From positions 224,001 to 288,000 of the forward strand of contig CAWDVR010000002.1 in the NCBI GenBank assembly GCA_963805975.1: a stretch of DNA of 64,000 nt, written 5' to 3'. The translations under genes were made by a program, and so were the position numbers. Positions within the stretch are counted from its first letter, which is position 1, and each line of letters starts with the position of its first letter. Shown here piece by piece: positions 49,331 to 58,689 of the stretch. The DNA comes from an uncultured Acidobacteriota bacterium (GTDB lineage: Bacteria > Acidobacteriota > Thermoanaerobaculia > Multivoradales > SZUA-115). The notes below the pieces were generated by a model. That model was given only the letters and a program-made list of their open reading frames with translations, was not told the origin of the DNA and ran no database searches.

Positions 49331-50680
49331 ATGGAAGCAACCTCTCGTGTTGCCGTAATGGAAGTCGACAGCCGAAAGGAGGACGTCGCGGGCCAAGAGT
49401 CCGACGACGTGCCCGATCCTGGCCCCAGTGGCAGCTCTCTGCTCGTGTTCCCGAGCCGAGCCCCTTCTCCCCCTCCCCTCACCCTAACCCTAGCCCCGAA
49501 AAGCCCGACCCCGAAGAGACTGACCCGCTCCCGTCCACCGGCGACGAGCGAGGCGACGCGCGCCTTCCGCCGCCGCTACTTCCCCCACGCGACGCTCGCG
49601 CAGTGGAGCGACTGGCACTGGCAGTCGCGCAACCGCATCACCAAGCTCGCGGACTTCGAGCGCATCCTCGAGCTCTCGGCCGACGAGCGCGCGGCGCTCG
49701 AGGCCGGCGGCTCGATGCTTCCCACCGGCGTCACCCCCTATTACCTGAGCCTGGTCTCGCGGCAGGACCCGCTCGACCCGCTGCGGCGGACGATCGTGCC
49801 GGCCACGGCCGAGTTCGTGCGCACGCCCGGCGAGGCGGACGATCCACTGGGGGAAGATGCCCACATGCCGGTGCCCGGCCTCGTCCACCGCTACCCGGAC
49901 CGCGTGCTCTTCCTGGTGCTCGACTTCTGCTCCACCTACTGCCGCTACTGCACGCGCTCCCGGGTCGTGGGCCACGGCGAGATCCTCCCCAGCGAGGCGC
50001 GCCTCGAAAAGGCGATCGACTACATCCGGTCGACGCCCACCATCCGCGACGTGCTGCTCTCGGGCGGCGATCCCCTGGCGCTTGCCGACCATCGCCTGGA
50101 CTGGATCCTGACCCGGCTGCGGGCCATCCCGCACGTCGAGTTCGTACGCATCGGCACCAAGATGCCGGCCGTGCTGCCGCAGCGCATCACACCGGAGCTG
50201 GTGCGCATGCTCAAGCGGCACCACCCGCTGTGGATGAGCCTCCACTTCATGCATCCCGCCGAGTGCACGCCCGAGGCCCACCGCGCCTGCGCCCGCCTGG
50301 CCGACGCCGGCATCCCCCTCGGCTCGCAGACCGTGCTCACCCGCGGCGTCAACGACGACGTGGAGACCATGAAGCAGCTCATGCACCAGCTTCTACGTAT
50401 GCGGGTGCGGCCCTACTATCTCTACCAGGCCGACCCCATCTCGGGCTCCAGCCACTTCCGGACGCCGGTCGCCAAGGGGCTCGAGATCATCGCCGGCCTG
50501 CGCGGCCACACCACGGGCTACGCGGTGCCGACCTACGTCATCGACGCTCCCGGGGGCGGCGGCAAGATCTCGCTGATGCCGGACGCGGTGGTCGGCCGCG
50601 AGGGCGACGAGCTGCTGCTCAGGAACTACGAGGGCCGGGTGTTTCGCTATCCCGATCCGCAACCGGCGGCGGCGTCATGA
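49331..50680 (+). CDS. kamA: KamA family radical SAM/PLP aminomutase (lysine 2,3-aminomutase-like)
   Basis: WSDWHWQ, HRYPDR, CSTYCRYC, SGGDPL, YLYQAD, DAPGGGGK. Confidence 0.92.
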   Translation: MEATSRVAVMEVDSRKEDVAGQESDDVPDPGPSGSSLLVFPSRAPSPPPLTLTLAPKSPTPKRLTRSRPPATSEATRAFRRRYFPHATLAQWSDWHWQSRNRITKLADFERILELSADERAALEAGGSMLPTGVTPYYLSLVSRQDPLDPLRRTIVPATAEFVRTPGEADDPLGEDAHMPVPGLVHRYPDRVLFLVLDFCSTYCRYCTRSRVVGHGEILPSEARLEKAIDYIRSTPTIRDVLLSGGDPLALADHRLDWILTRLRAIPHVEFVRIGTKMPAVLPQRITPELVRMLKRHHPLWMSLHFMHPAECTPEAHRACARLADAGIPLGSQTVLTRGVNDDVETMKQLMHQLLRMRVRPYYLYQADPISGSSHFRTPVAKGLEIIAGLRGHTTGYAVPTYVIDAPGGGGKISLMPDAVVGREGDELLLRNYEGRVFRYPDPQPAAAS

Positions 50681-51723
50681 GGGGGCGAGGGCTGCGTATC
50701 GGGCTCACCTACGACCTGCGCGACGACTATCTCGCCGAGGGCTGGAGTGAGGAAGAGACCGCGGAGCTCGACAGCCTGGGGACCATCGAGGCGATCGAGG
50801 CCGCGCTCGCCGAGCTCGGTCACCGACCGGAGCGCATCGGCCATGCCCGGCGGCTGATGGCCCGCCTCGGCACCGGCGAGCGCTGGGACCTGGTGTTCAA
50901 CCTCGCCGAGGGCCTTTCCGGCTTCGGCCGCGAGGCCCTGGTGCCGGCGCTCCTCGAGCTCTACCGGATCCCCTACACTTTCTCCGACCCGCTGGCGATG
51001 ACCGTCTCCCTGCACAAGGCCACCACCAAGCGCGTGCTGCGCGACGCCGGCCTGCCGACCCCGGACTTCGCCCTGGTCGAGACCGCCGCCGACGCCAGCC
51101 GGGTGACGCTGCCGCCGCCGCTCTTCGTCAAACCGGTGGCCGAGGGCACCAGCAAGGGCATCTCGGGCTCTTCGGTCGTGACCTCGGCCGCCGAGCTCGA
51201 AGCGGCCTGCGCCGAGCTGCTGGCCCGCTTCGACCAACCCGTGCTGGTCGAGACCTTCCTGCCGGGCCGCGAGCTCACCGTGGGCGTCCTCGGCACCGGC
51301 GGCGAGGCCGAGGTGCTGGGGAGCCTGGAGGTGATCCTGCTGCCCGGTGCCGAGCCGGACGTCTATTCCTACGCCAACAAGGAGCGGTGCGAGGAGCTGG
51401 TGCGCTACGAGCTGCGGTGCGGTGCGGACGAGCCGATGGTGGCCGAGGCCGAGGCGCTGGCCCTCGCCGCCTGGCGGCTCCTGGGCTGCCGCGACGCCGG
51501 CCGCGTGGACCTGCGTTGCGACGCCGGCGGCCGGCCGCAGTTGATCGAGGTGAACCCGCTCGCCGGCCTGCACCCCTCGCACTCCGACCTGCCGATCCTG
51601 GCGACGGCGCTGGGCCTGCCGTACCTCGGGCTCCTGGAACGCATCGTGGCCTCGGCCTCGGCACGCATCCCGGTCTCGCCGACGCTGGTCAGCCCGCCCA
51701 TGCCGGCGATGGCGGCGGGCTGA
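50677..51723 (+). CDS. ATP-grasp ligase, D-Ala-D-Ala ligase-like (first copy)
   Basis: VFNLAEG, PYTFSD, FVKPVAEGTSKG, ETFLPGRE, GRVDLR, IEVNPLAG. Confidence 0.9.
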   Translation: MRGRGLRIGLTYDLRDDYLAEGWSEEETAELDSLGTIEAIEAALAELGHRPERIGHARRLMARLGTGERWDLVFNLAEGLSGFGREALVPALLELYRIPYTFSDPLAMTVSLHKATTKRVLRDAGLPTPDFALVETAADASRVTLPPPLFVKPVAEGTSKGISGSSVVTSAAELEAACAELLARFDQPVLVETFLPGRELTVGVLGTGGEAEVLGSLEVILLPGAEPDVYSYANKERCEELVRYELRCGADEPMVAEAEALALAAWRLLGCRDAGRVDLRCDAGGRPQLIEVNPLAGLHPSHSDLPILATALGLPYLGLLERIVASASARIPVSPTLVSPPMPAMAAG

Positions 51724-51725
51724 GC

Positions 51726-52781
51726 ATGCGCGTCGCGTTGCTCTACAACGAGGTCGGCGACGAGGCCGAGCCGGACGAGGCCGATGTGCTGGTGCAAGTC
51801 GAGGCGGTGACGGAGGCGCTCGCCGGCCTCGGTCACGAGGTGCTGCCGCTCGGCTGCGGCCTCGACCTCGCCGCGGTGTCCCGCGAGCTCGCGGCGCGAG
51901 CGCCGGACGCGGTGTTCAACCTGGTCGAGTCCCTGGCCGGGCACGAGCGCCTGATCCACGTCGTGCCCGCCCTGCTGGACTCTCTGGGCTGGCCATGCAC
52001 CGGCTCCTCCGCCGAGGCGATCTTCCTCACCACCAACAAGCTCCTCGCCAAGGAGCGCCTGGCGGCGGCGGGCCTGCCCACGCCGCCCGTCCTGGGCGTC
52101 TGGCCGGCCGGCGGCGAAGAGGTGGCGGAGCTCTCGTCCGAGATCCTCGCGGAACGGGCGATCGCGAAGTCGGTCTGGGACCACGGCTCCAAGGGAATGG
52201 CGGACGACGCCGTGCTCCGCTCTCCCACCGCCGGCGAGGTGCGACGCCACCTCCGCGAGCTGGCGCCGCGGCTCGGCACCCCGTGCTTTGCCGAGACCTA
52301 CGTCGAGGGCCGGGAGATCAACCTCTCGCTGCTCGCGTCGCCGCAGGAATCGCCTCGCGTCCTGCCGCCGGCCGAGATCCGCTTCGCGGGCTATCCGCCC
52401 GACAAGCTCCGCATCGTCGACTACCGCGCCAAGTGGGAGCCCGCCTCCTTCGAGTACCAGGCGACCGAGCCCAGCTACGACTTCCCGGCCCGGGACGCGC
52501 CGCTCCTGGCCGAGCTCGCCGCCCTGGCGCGGCAGGCCTGGAAGGTGTTCGGTCTCGCCGGCTGGGCGCGCGTCGATTTCCGGGTCGCCGCCGACGGCAC
52601 GCCCTGGATCCTCGAGGTCAACGCCAACCCCTGCCTGGCCCCAGACGCCGGCTTCGCCGCCGCGCTCGCGCAGGCGGACCTCTCGTTTCCGCAGGCTCTG
52701 GAGCACCTCCTGGAGGACGCGCTCCGGCGGCGGGCCACGGCCGGGAGCCGGGAAGCCTCCCTGTTGCCGGCGCGGGCCTGA
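51726..52781 (+). CDS. ATP-grasp ligase, D-Ala-D-Ala ligase-like (second copy)
   Basis: VFNLVES, PCTGSS, YVEGRE, YRAKW, ARVDFR, LEVNANP. Confidence 0.9.
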   Translation: MRVALLYNEVGDEAEPDEADVLVQVEAVTEALAGLGHEVLPLGCGLDLAAVSRELAARAPDAVFNLVESLAGHERLIHVVPALLDSLGWPCTGSSAEAIFLTTNKLLAKERLAAAGLPTPPVLGVWPAGGEEVAELSSEILAERAIAKSVWDHGSKGMADDAVLRSPTAGEVRRHLRELAPRLGTPCFAETYVEGREINLSLLASPQESPRVLPPAEIRFAGYPPDKLRIVDYRAKWEPASFEYQATEPSYDFPARDAPLLAELAALARQAWKVFGLAGWARVDFRVAADGTPWILEVNANPCLAPDAGFAAALAQADLSFPQALEHLLEDALRRRATAGSREASLLPARA

Positions 52782-52786
52782 CGACG

Positions 52787-53278
52787 ATGATCCTGCGCAG
52801 CGAGGCGCGCCCCGAGGACGTGGCCTGGGCGCGCCGGGCCGCCCGCGCCACCGGCTTCTTCTCCGAGGAGGAGATCGAGGTTGCGGGCGAGGTGGTCGAG
52901 GATCGGCTGGCCGAGGGAGCGGCGAGCGGCTACGAGCTGCTGTTCGTCGATTCGCTCCCCGAGGGCGAGGCCGGCGGCGAGACCCTGGCCTTCGCCTGCT
53001 TCGGCCGCATCCCGCTCACCGTCTCGAGCCACGACCTCTACTGGATCATCGTCGCACCCACGCACCAGGGGCGGGGCCTGGGCAAGGCGCTCCTCGCCGA
53101 GGTCGAGCGGCGGGTGCGCGCGGCGGGCGGCACGCAGATCTACGTCGACACTTCGTCGCGGGCCCAGTACGAGCCCACGCGCGCCTTCTATCGCGCCTGC
53201 GGCTACCCCGAGGCTTCGTACCTCGCCGACTTCTATGCTCCCGGGGATGGCAAGGTCATTCACTGTAAGCTCTTGTAG
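52787..53278 (+). CDS. GNAT family N-acetyltransferase
   Basis: DLYWIIVAPTHQGRGLG, DTSSRAQYEPTRAFY, DFYAPGD. Confidence 0.9.
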   Translation: MILRSEARPEDVAWARRAARATGFFSEEEIEVAGEVVEDRLAEGAASGYELLFVDSLPEGEAGGETLAFACFGRIPLTVSSHDLYWIIVAPTHQGRGLGKALLAEVERRVRAAGGTQIYVDTSSRAQYEPTRAFYRACGYPEASYLADFYAPGDGKVIHCKLL

Positions 53279-53300
53279 CGACGAGCCCGCGAGCCCCGGC

Positions 53301-54392
53301 ATGCCCTTCTCCGATCCCGAAAGCGTCGAACGCAGGGCCTTTCTCGCCGCGGCGGCGGCGGTCGTGGTGGCGTTCGTCTGGTTCGTGCTGCGCCCACTGG
53401 CCGCGCCGCTGGTGTTCGCCATCCTGACGGCGGTGATCGCCAACCCGATGCACCGCCGGATCTCGCAATGGGTCGGTGGCCGGCGGGTGCCGGCGGCCCT
53501 CCTCAGCGTCGTCGCTCTCACCCTCTTGGTGGTGCTGCCGGCCGCCGGCCTCGCCGCGCTGTTCGCCGTGCAGGCGCAAGAGGTGGTGGCCGACCTGGTG
53601 GGCGAAGAGGCCGCGCGGGACCGCCTGGTGGGCCTCGCCAACCAGTACGTCGACTGGGCCGCGCACTTGGCCGAGGCCGCGGTGGGCGACGCCATCGACG
53701 TGCGCGCGCTGCTGCAGGAAAGCCTGCGCAAGGTGGGCACCGGCCTCTATGCGCTGTTGCCCAACCTGGTGGGAGGCGCCGGCAAGTTCGCCTTCGGAGT
53801 GCTGCTCCTCTACCTCGTGCTCTTCGTGCTGCTGCTGCGCGGGCCCGAGCTCCTCGAGCTCCTGATCCAGACGCTCCCCATCGGCGAGAGCCGCAGCCGC
53901 CGCATCCTGCGCCGGCTGGAGGAGACGATCAAAGGAGTGTTCCTGGGCTCGATGGCCACGGCGGTGATCCAGGGCACCATCGCCGGCCTCGGCTTCTGGG
54001 TGCTGGGCTTCGAGAACCAGCTCGTGTGGGCGGCGCTGGTCGCCGGTGCCGGCTTGATCCCGATGGTGGGCACGGCGTTGATCCTGGTGCCGGCGACGCT
54101 CTACCTGGCGGCGACCGGCCAGAACGGAGCGGCGCTCGCCATGGCGCTGATCGCCCTGGTGGTGGGCACGGTGGACAACCTGGTCAAGCCGCTCCTCATC
54201 CACGACCGCGCCGAGGTGCACCCGTTGCTGGTCTTCATCGGCATCTTCGGCGGCCTCTCGACACTCGGCGGCATGGGCCTCATCTACGGCCCCCTCCTCG
54301 TCGCCTGCCTCACCGAGATGGTGCGCATCTACCGCCTCGAGTTCAGCCGCAAGCCCGCCACCGAGATCGCCCCCGGCCCGCCGGGAGCGTAG
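53301..54392 (+). CDS. AI-2E family transporter
   Basis: Multi-TM protein with IQGTIAG, IPMVGT, DNLVKP, HPLLVFIGIFGG, GLIYGP. Confidence 0.9.
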   Translation: MPFSDPESVERRAFLAAAAAVVVAFVWFVLRPLAAPLVFAILTAVIANPMHRRISQWVGGRRVPAALLSVVALTLLVVLPAAGLAALFAVQAQEVVADLVGEEAARDRLVGLANQYVDWAAHLAEAAVGDAIDVRALLQESLRKVGTGLYALLPNLVGGAGKFAFGVLLLYLVLFVLLLRGPELLELLIQTLPIGESRSRRILRRLEETIKGVFLGSMATAVIQGTIAGLGFWVLGFENQLVWAALVAGAGLIPMVGTALILVPATLYLAATGQNGAALAMALIALVVGTVDNLVKPLLIHDRAEVHPLLVFIGIFGGLSTLGGMGLIYGPLLVACLTEMVRIYRLEFSRKPATEIAPGPPGA

Positions 54393-54495
54393 CGGTCGGA
54401 TCGCGGCTCCACGACCAGGAGTACCGGATCCGGCGCTCCAAAAGCGCATGCTCTCGACAGGACACCCAAAACACTTCGCTTAGAATCGGCCCGCC

Positions 54496-56031
54496 ATGAA
54501 CAAAAGAGCCAGGCTCCGCTCCCTGATTGCTTCTCTCGTCGGTCTCGCCCTCGCTGCCCCGTCCCCTGCCCAGGACCTCGCTTCGTTCGAGAAGCGGCTC
54601 ACGGTGCACCGGTTGGCCAACGGCTGGACGTTCCTGATCCTCGAACGGCCGGGGGCGCCGGTCTTCTCCTTCGCCACGCTCGCCGACGTGGGCTCGGCGC
54701 AGGAGGTGCCGGGCATCACCGGCCTCGCCCACATGTTCGAGCACATGGCCTTCAAGGGCACGCCGAACATCGGCACCACGGACTTCGAGAAAGAGAAGAG
54801 GGCCCTGGCGGCTCTCGAGGCCGCCTACCTCGCCTGGCAGGGGGAACGCCTCGCAGCGCGGCCGGATGCCGCCCGGCTCGCCAAGCTCGAGGCGGAGTTT
54901 CGGGCGCGCGAGACCGAAGCCGATGCCTTCGTGGTCAAGAACGAGTTCGGCGACGTGATCGACCGCGAGGGCGGCGCCGACATGAACGCCTCGACGGCGT
55001 CGGACGTCACCTCTTACTACTACTCGCTGCCGGCCAACAAGCTGGAGCTCTTCTGCTATCTCGAGTCCGAGCGTTTCCTCGAGCCCGTGTTCCGCGAGTT
55101 CTACCGCGAGCGCGACGTGGTGCGCGAAGAGCGGCGGATGAGCGTCGAGAGCTCACCCATCGGCCGCATGGTGGAGCAGTTCCTGGGCTCGGCGTTCATC
55201 ATCCATCCGTATGGCCAGTCCGGCATCGGCTATCCGAGCGACCTCGCAAGCTTCACGATGACCGACGCCGCGCGTTTCTTCGAGACCTACTACGCTCCTG
55301 CCAACCTGGTGACGGCGATCGTCGGTGCGGTGGAGGCCAAGAAAGTGATCCCGCTCCTCGACACCTATTTCGGCCGCATCCCGGCGCGGCCGAGCCCGCC
55401 ACCGCTGCGCACCGTCGAGCCGCCGCAGATCGGCGAGCGCACGGTGGTGCTGCGCGACGCGGCGCAGCCCTTCTATCTCGAGGGCTACCACAAGCCGGCC
55501 ACCTCCCACCCGGACCAGGAGGTGTACGCGGCGATCGACGACATCCTCTCGAACGGCCGCACCTCGCGGCTCTATCGCACCCTGGTGCGGGACCAGCGGC
55601 TGGCGGTGGTCACGCAGTCGTTCTCGAACTTCCCTGGCGACAAGTACCCGACCCTGTGGGCGGTCTACGCGGTACCGGCGCCGGGGGTGGACGACAGCGC
55701 CGTGCAGGCGGCGATCCACGCCGAGCTCGAGCGCCTGAAGACGGAGGACGTGACCGCCGCCGAGCTGGCCAAAGCGAAGACCCGCGCCAAGGCCAACCTG
55801 ATCCGCCGCCTGGGGAGCAACCCGGGCCTGGCGGGCGAGCTGGCCCAGTACCAGCTCCGTTTCGGCGACTGGCGGGAGATCTTCCGCTCGCTCGAACGCA
55901 TCGAGAAAGTGGAGGCCGCCGACATCCGGCGCGTCGCCGGCGCGACCTTCGTCGACTCCAACCGCACCGTGGCCATGATCGTCACCGAGGCGCCTGCCGC
56001 CGGCGGTGAGGGACGCCAGGAGGGGCGATGA
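54496..56031 (+). CDS. M16 family zinc protease, catalytic subunit (secreted)
   Basis: Signal peptide, HMFEH inverted zinc motif, NAST, EERR. Confidence 0.93.
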   Translation: MNKRARLRSLIASLVGLALAAPSPAQDLASFEKRLTVHRLANGWTFLILERPGAPVFSFATLADVGSAQEVPGITGLAHMFEHMAFKGTPNIGTTDFEKEKRALAALEAAYLAWQGERLAARPDAARLAKLEAEFRARETEADAFVVKNEFGDVIDREGGADMNASTASDVTSYYYSLPANKLELFCYLESERFLEPVFREFYRERDVVREERRMSVESSPIGRMVEQFLGSAFIIHPYGQSGIGYPSDLASFTMTDAARFFETYYAPANLVTAIVGAVEAKKVIPLLDTYFGRIPARPSPPPLRTVEPPQIGERTVVLRDAAQPFYLEGYHKPATSHPDQEVYAAIDDILSNGRTSRLYRTLVRDQRLAVVTQSFSNFPGDKYPTLWAVYAVPAPGVDDSAVQAAIHAELERLKTEDVTAAELAKAKTRAKANLIRRLGSNPGLAGELAQYQLRFGDWREIFRSLERIEKVEAADIRRVAGATFVDSNRTVAMIVTEAPAAGGEGRQEGR

Positions 56032-57491
56032 GCAGACCCAAGACCCCGACTCGCCTGCTCGCCTTCGCCGGCGTGCTCGCGCTGGCCGCGGCCGGCGCCT
56101 CGAACGCACAGGTGAAGCGTGTCGAAGAGCTCCGGTACCCGCCGCTGCCGGCCTTCGCGATCCCGCTGCCGGAGCGCGTGGAGCTCGCCAACGGGCTGGT
56201 GGTGCTGTTGATGGAGGACCACGAGCTGCCCCTGGTGCGCGCCTCGGCGACCTTTCCCGGCGGCATCCGCGAGGAGAGAGCCGAGCGAGCCGGCCTGGCG
56301 TCGGTGACCGCGGAGGTAATGCGCACCGGCGGCGCCGGCGAGCGCGGCGCCGACGAGCTGGACGACTACCTCGAAGCCCAGGCGGCCAACATCGAGGTCA
56401 ACGCCAGCATGGACTACGCCATCGCCAGCATGGACTGCCTGAAAGCCGACCTGCCGCAGGTTCTGGCGGCCTTCGCCGACGTGCTGCGCCGGCCGCGCTT
56501 CGCCCCCGACCGCATCGCCATCGCCAAGAACGGCATCTACGCCTCGATCGCCCGGCAGAACGATTCGCCGCAGGGCATCCTGTTCCGGGAGCTCGACGAG
56601 ATCATCTACGGCGAAGGCTCGCGTTTCGCCAGCGAGCCGACCTTCGCCAGCGTCGCCGCGCTCGACCGCGAGGATCTGGCGGCCTGGCACACCTTCCACG
56701 TGCAGCCGCAGGTCACGATCCTCGGCTTGGTGGGCGACTTCGACCGTGCCGCGACCCTGGCGCTGATCCGCCAGGCGTTCGGGGACTGGAAACCGCTGCC
56801 GCTGCCCAAGGATGCCTTCTTCATCCCCGGCGAGATCAAGCCGCCCAAGCCGGCGGTGTACTTCGTCGAGAAGTCCGACGTGACCCAGTCCTCGATCGCG
56901 CTCGGGTCGGTGGGCATTCGCAAGGACAACCCGGACCTCTACGCGGTGGACGTGCTGAACCAGGTGATGGGCGGCAGCTTCGCCTCGCGCCTGTTCGGCA
57001 ACATCCGCACCAAGAAGGGGCTCGCCTACTCGGTGAGCGGCGGCATCGGCAACGAGTACGACCACCAGGGCCGCACGGTGTTCACGCTGTCGACCAAGAC
57101 CGAGACCACGGGCGCCGCGATCGACGCGCTGTACGAGGAGATCCGCGGCCTGCTCACCCGTCCGCCCAACGAGGAGGAGGTGGCCAAGGCGAAGGCGGCG
57201 ATGCTCAACTCCTTCGTCTTCAACGCCGACACGCCGCAGGAAGTGCTGGGCCAGCAGATGCGCCTGGAGCGCTTCGGCTACCCGAAGGACTTCCTGGCCC
57301 GCTACCGGGCCGGCATCGAGAAAGTGACCACGGCAGAGGTGGTAGCGGCGGCCAAGCGCTACCTGCATCCCGAGGAGCTGGCGATGCTGGTGGTGGGCCC
57401 GGCGCAGGGCCTGGACAAGTCGCTCTCGACCTACGGCACGGTCCTGCCGAGAGACATCACGATCCCGCCGTTTCCGGGTCAGGACAAGTAG
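56028..57491 (+). CDS. M16 family protease, non-catalytic partner subunit
   Basis: LANGL...DHELP, SRLF..IR..KGLAYS; no HxxEH motif. Confidence 0.9.
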   Translation: MSRPKTPTRLLAFAGVLALAAAGASNAQVKRVEELRYPPLPAFAIPLPERVELANGLVVLLMEDHELPLVRASATFPGGIREERAERAGLASVTAEVMRTGGAGERGADELDDYLEAQAANIEVNASMDYAIASMDCLKADLPQVLAAFADVLRRPRFAPDRIAIAKNGIYASIARQNDSPQGILFRELDEIIYGEGSRFASEPTFASVAALDREDLAAWHTFHVQPQVTILGLVGDFDRAATLALIRQAFGDWKPLPLPKDAFFIPGEIKPPKPAVYFVEKSDVTQSSIALGSVGIRKDNPDLYAVDVLNQVMGGSFASRLFGNIRTKKGLAYSVSGGIGNEYDHQGRTVFTLSTKTETTGAAIDALYEEIRGLLTRPPNEEEVAKAKAAMLNSFVFNADTPQEVLGQQMRLERFGYPKDFLARYRAGIEKVTTAEVVAAAKRYLHPEELAMLVVGPAQGLDKSLSTYGTVLPRDITIPPFPGQDK

Positions 57492-57507
57492 CGGCCAGGC
57501 TCCTGGG

Positions 57508-57539
57508 CCACCATTGACAACAAATGTTGTCAATGGTGG
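57508..57539. promoter_or_regulatory. Perfect palindromic operator (CCACCATTGACAACA-AA-TGTTGTCAATGGTGG)
   Basis: 15-bp perfect arms, AT-rich, containing TTGACA, upstream of the SRPBCC gene. Confidence 0.75.
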
Positions 57540-57583
57540 AATGGGCCGCGCCACACCAACCCCCACCCAGGAGCCAAGCCACC

Positions 57584-58411
57584 ATGACCGTGAAGAACGC
57601 TCCCCCTGGCCAGCGATCGATCGAGCTGGAAGTCGAGGTCCCCGGCACGCCTGAGCAAGTCTGGCAGGCCATCGCGACGGGGCCCGGCATCTCGTGCTGG
57701 TTCGTCCCGACCGAGGTCGAGGAACGCGAGGGCGGCGCCATCCTGTTCCACCTGGGCCCGGGCATGGACTCGCCGGCGACCGTGACGGCCTGGGAGCCCC
57801 TCCGCCGGTTCGCCTACGAAGAGGTGGACTGGGCTCCGAACGCTCCTCCGCTCGCCACGGAGCTCACTGTCGAGACACGTTCCGGCGGCACCTGCGTGGT
57901 CCGGCTGGTGCACAGCCTGTTCACCGCGAGCGACGCGTGGGACGATCAGCTCCAGGGCTTCGAAGTCGGCTGGCCGCCTTTCTTCCACGTTCTGCGGCTC
58001 TACCTGCGTGAGTTCTGGGGCAGGCCCTGCTCGCCCGTTCGACTGATGGGCAAGGGCGCCGGGTCAGAGCCCGCGGCATGGGGTGCGCTGACCGCTGCGC
58101 TCGGCCTCGCTGGCGCCAAGCCGGGCGAGCGGCGGAGCACACCCGCCGCGAGCGCTCCGCCGCTCGCCGGCGTCGTCGAGCCGAGAGGCGAGGGCCGGCA
58201 TGCTCACGAGCTGGTCCTCCTGCTCGACGAACCGACGCCCGGAGTCGCCCTGCTGGGGGCCTACACCTGGGATGGCAGCGTTCACGTGTTGGTCAACCTC
58301 TACCTGTTCGGCGACCAGGCGCTCGACACCGCTGCCCATGACGAGCCGCTGTGGCAGGCGTGGATGCAGGAGCACTTCCCGGCAGCCGGCGATGCGAACC
58401 CTGTCGCGTGA
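57584..58411 (+). CDS. SRPBCC/AHSA1 domain protein
   Basis: EVPGTPEQVWQAIATGPGISCWF, VTAWEP, VVRLVHS, GW..F...LRLYL. Confidence 0.88.
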   Translation: MTVKNAPPGQRSIELEVEVPGTPEQVWQAIATGPGISCWFVPTEVEEREGGAILFHLGPGMDSPATVTAWEPLRRFAYEEVDWAPNAPPLATELTVETRSGGTCVVRLVHSLFTASDAWDDQLQGFEVGWPPFFHVLRLYLREFWGRPCSPVRLMGKGAGSEPAAWGALTAALGLAGAKPGERRSTPAASAPPLAGVVEPRGEGRHAHELVLLLDEPTPGVALLGAYTWDGSVHVLVNLYLFGDQALDTAAHDEPLWQAWMQEHFPAAGDANPVA

Positions 58412-58689
58412 CGGAACTAAGTTCCAGCGGGCACTAGATCCTGGCCGTGGTCGCGGCACGGCCAGGACCTGCAGGAACTCCTTGACGCGCACAGTCAGCT
58501 CCGAGGCGACTCGTGACCGCCGCGGACGCCGATGGCATCGAGAAAGAGGAACTGCCCCCGCCGGTGCCGCACACGGACGAGCCGTCGCCGGTGAAGTAGG
58601 GCTTCCTTACCCCTTCCCCCGAAGTCCTTCGAGAGCTCCTCACCCTGTTCGCACCACCCACCCACGGCCCATAAACCTCCAGCAGAACC

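Noticed and set aside
58441-58467. Hairpin CCTGGCCGTG-N7-CACGGCCAGG after the SRPBCC gene as a mobile-element end
   Set aside because: No partner repeat or transposase; more simply a terminator-like stem between convergent genes.
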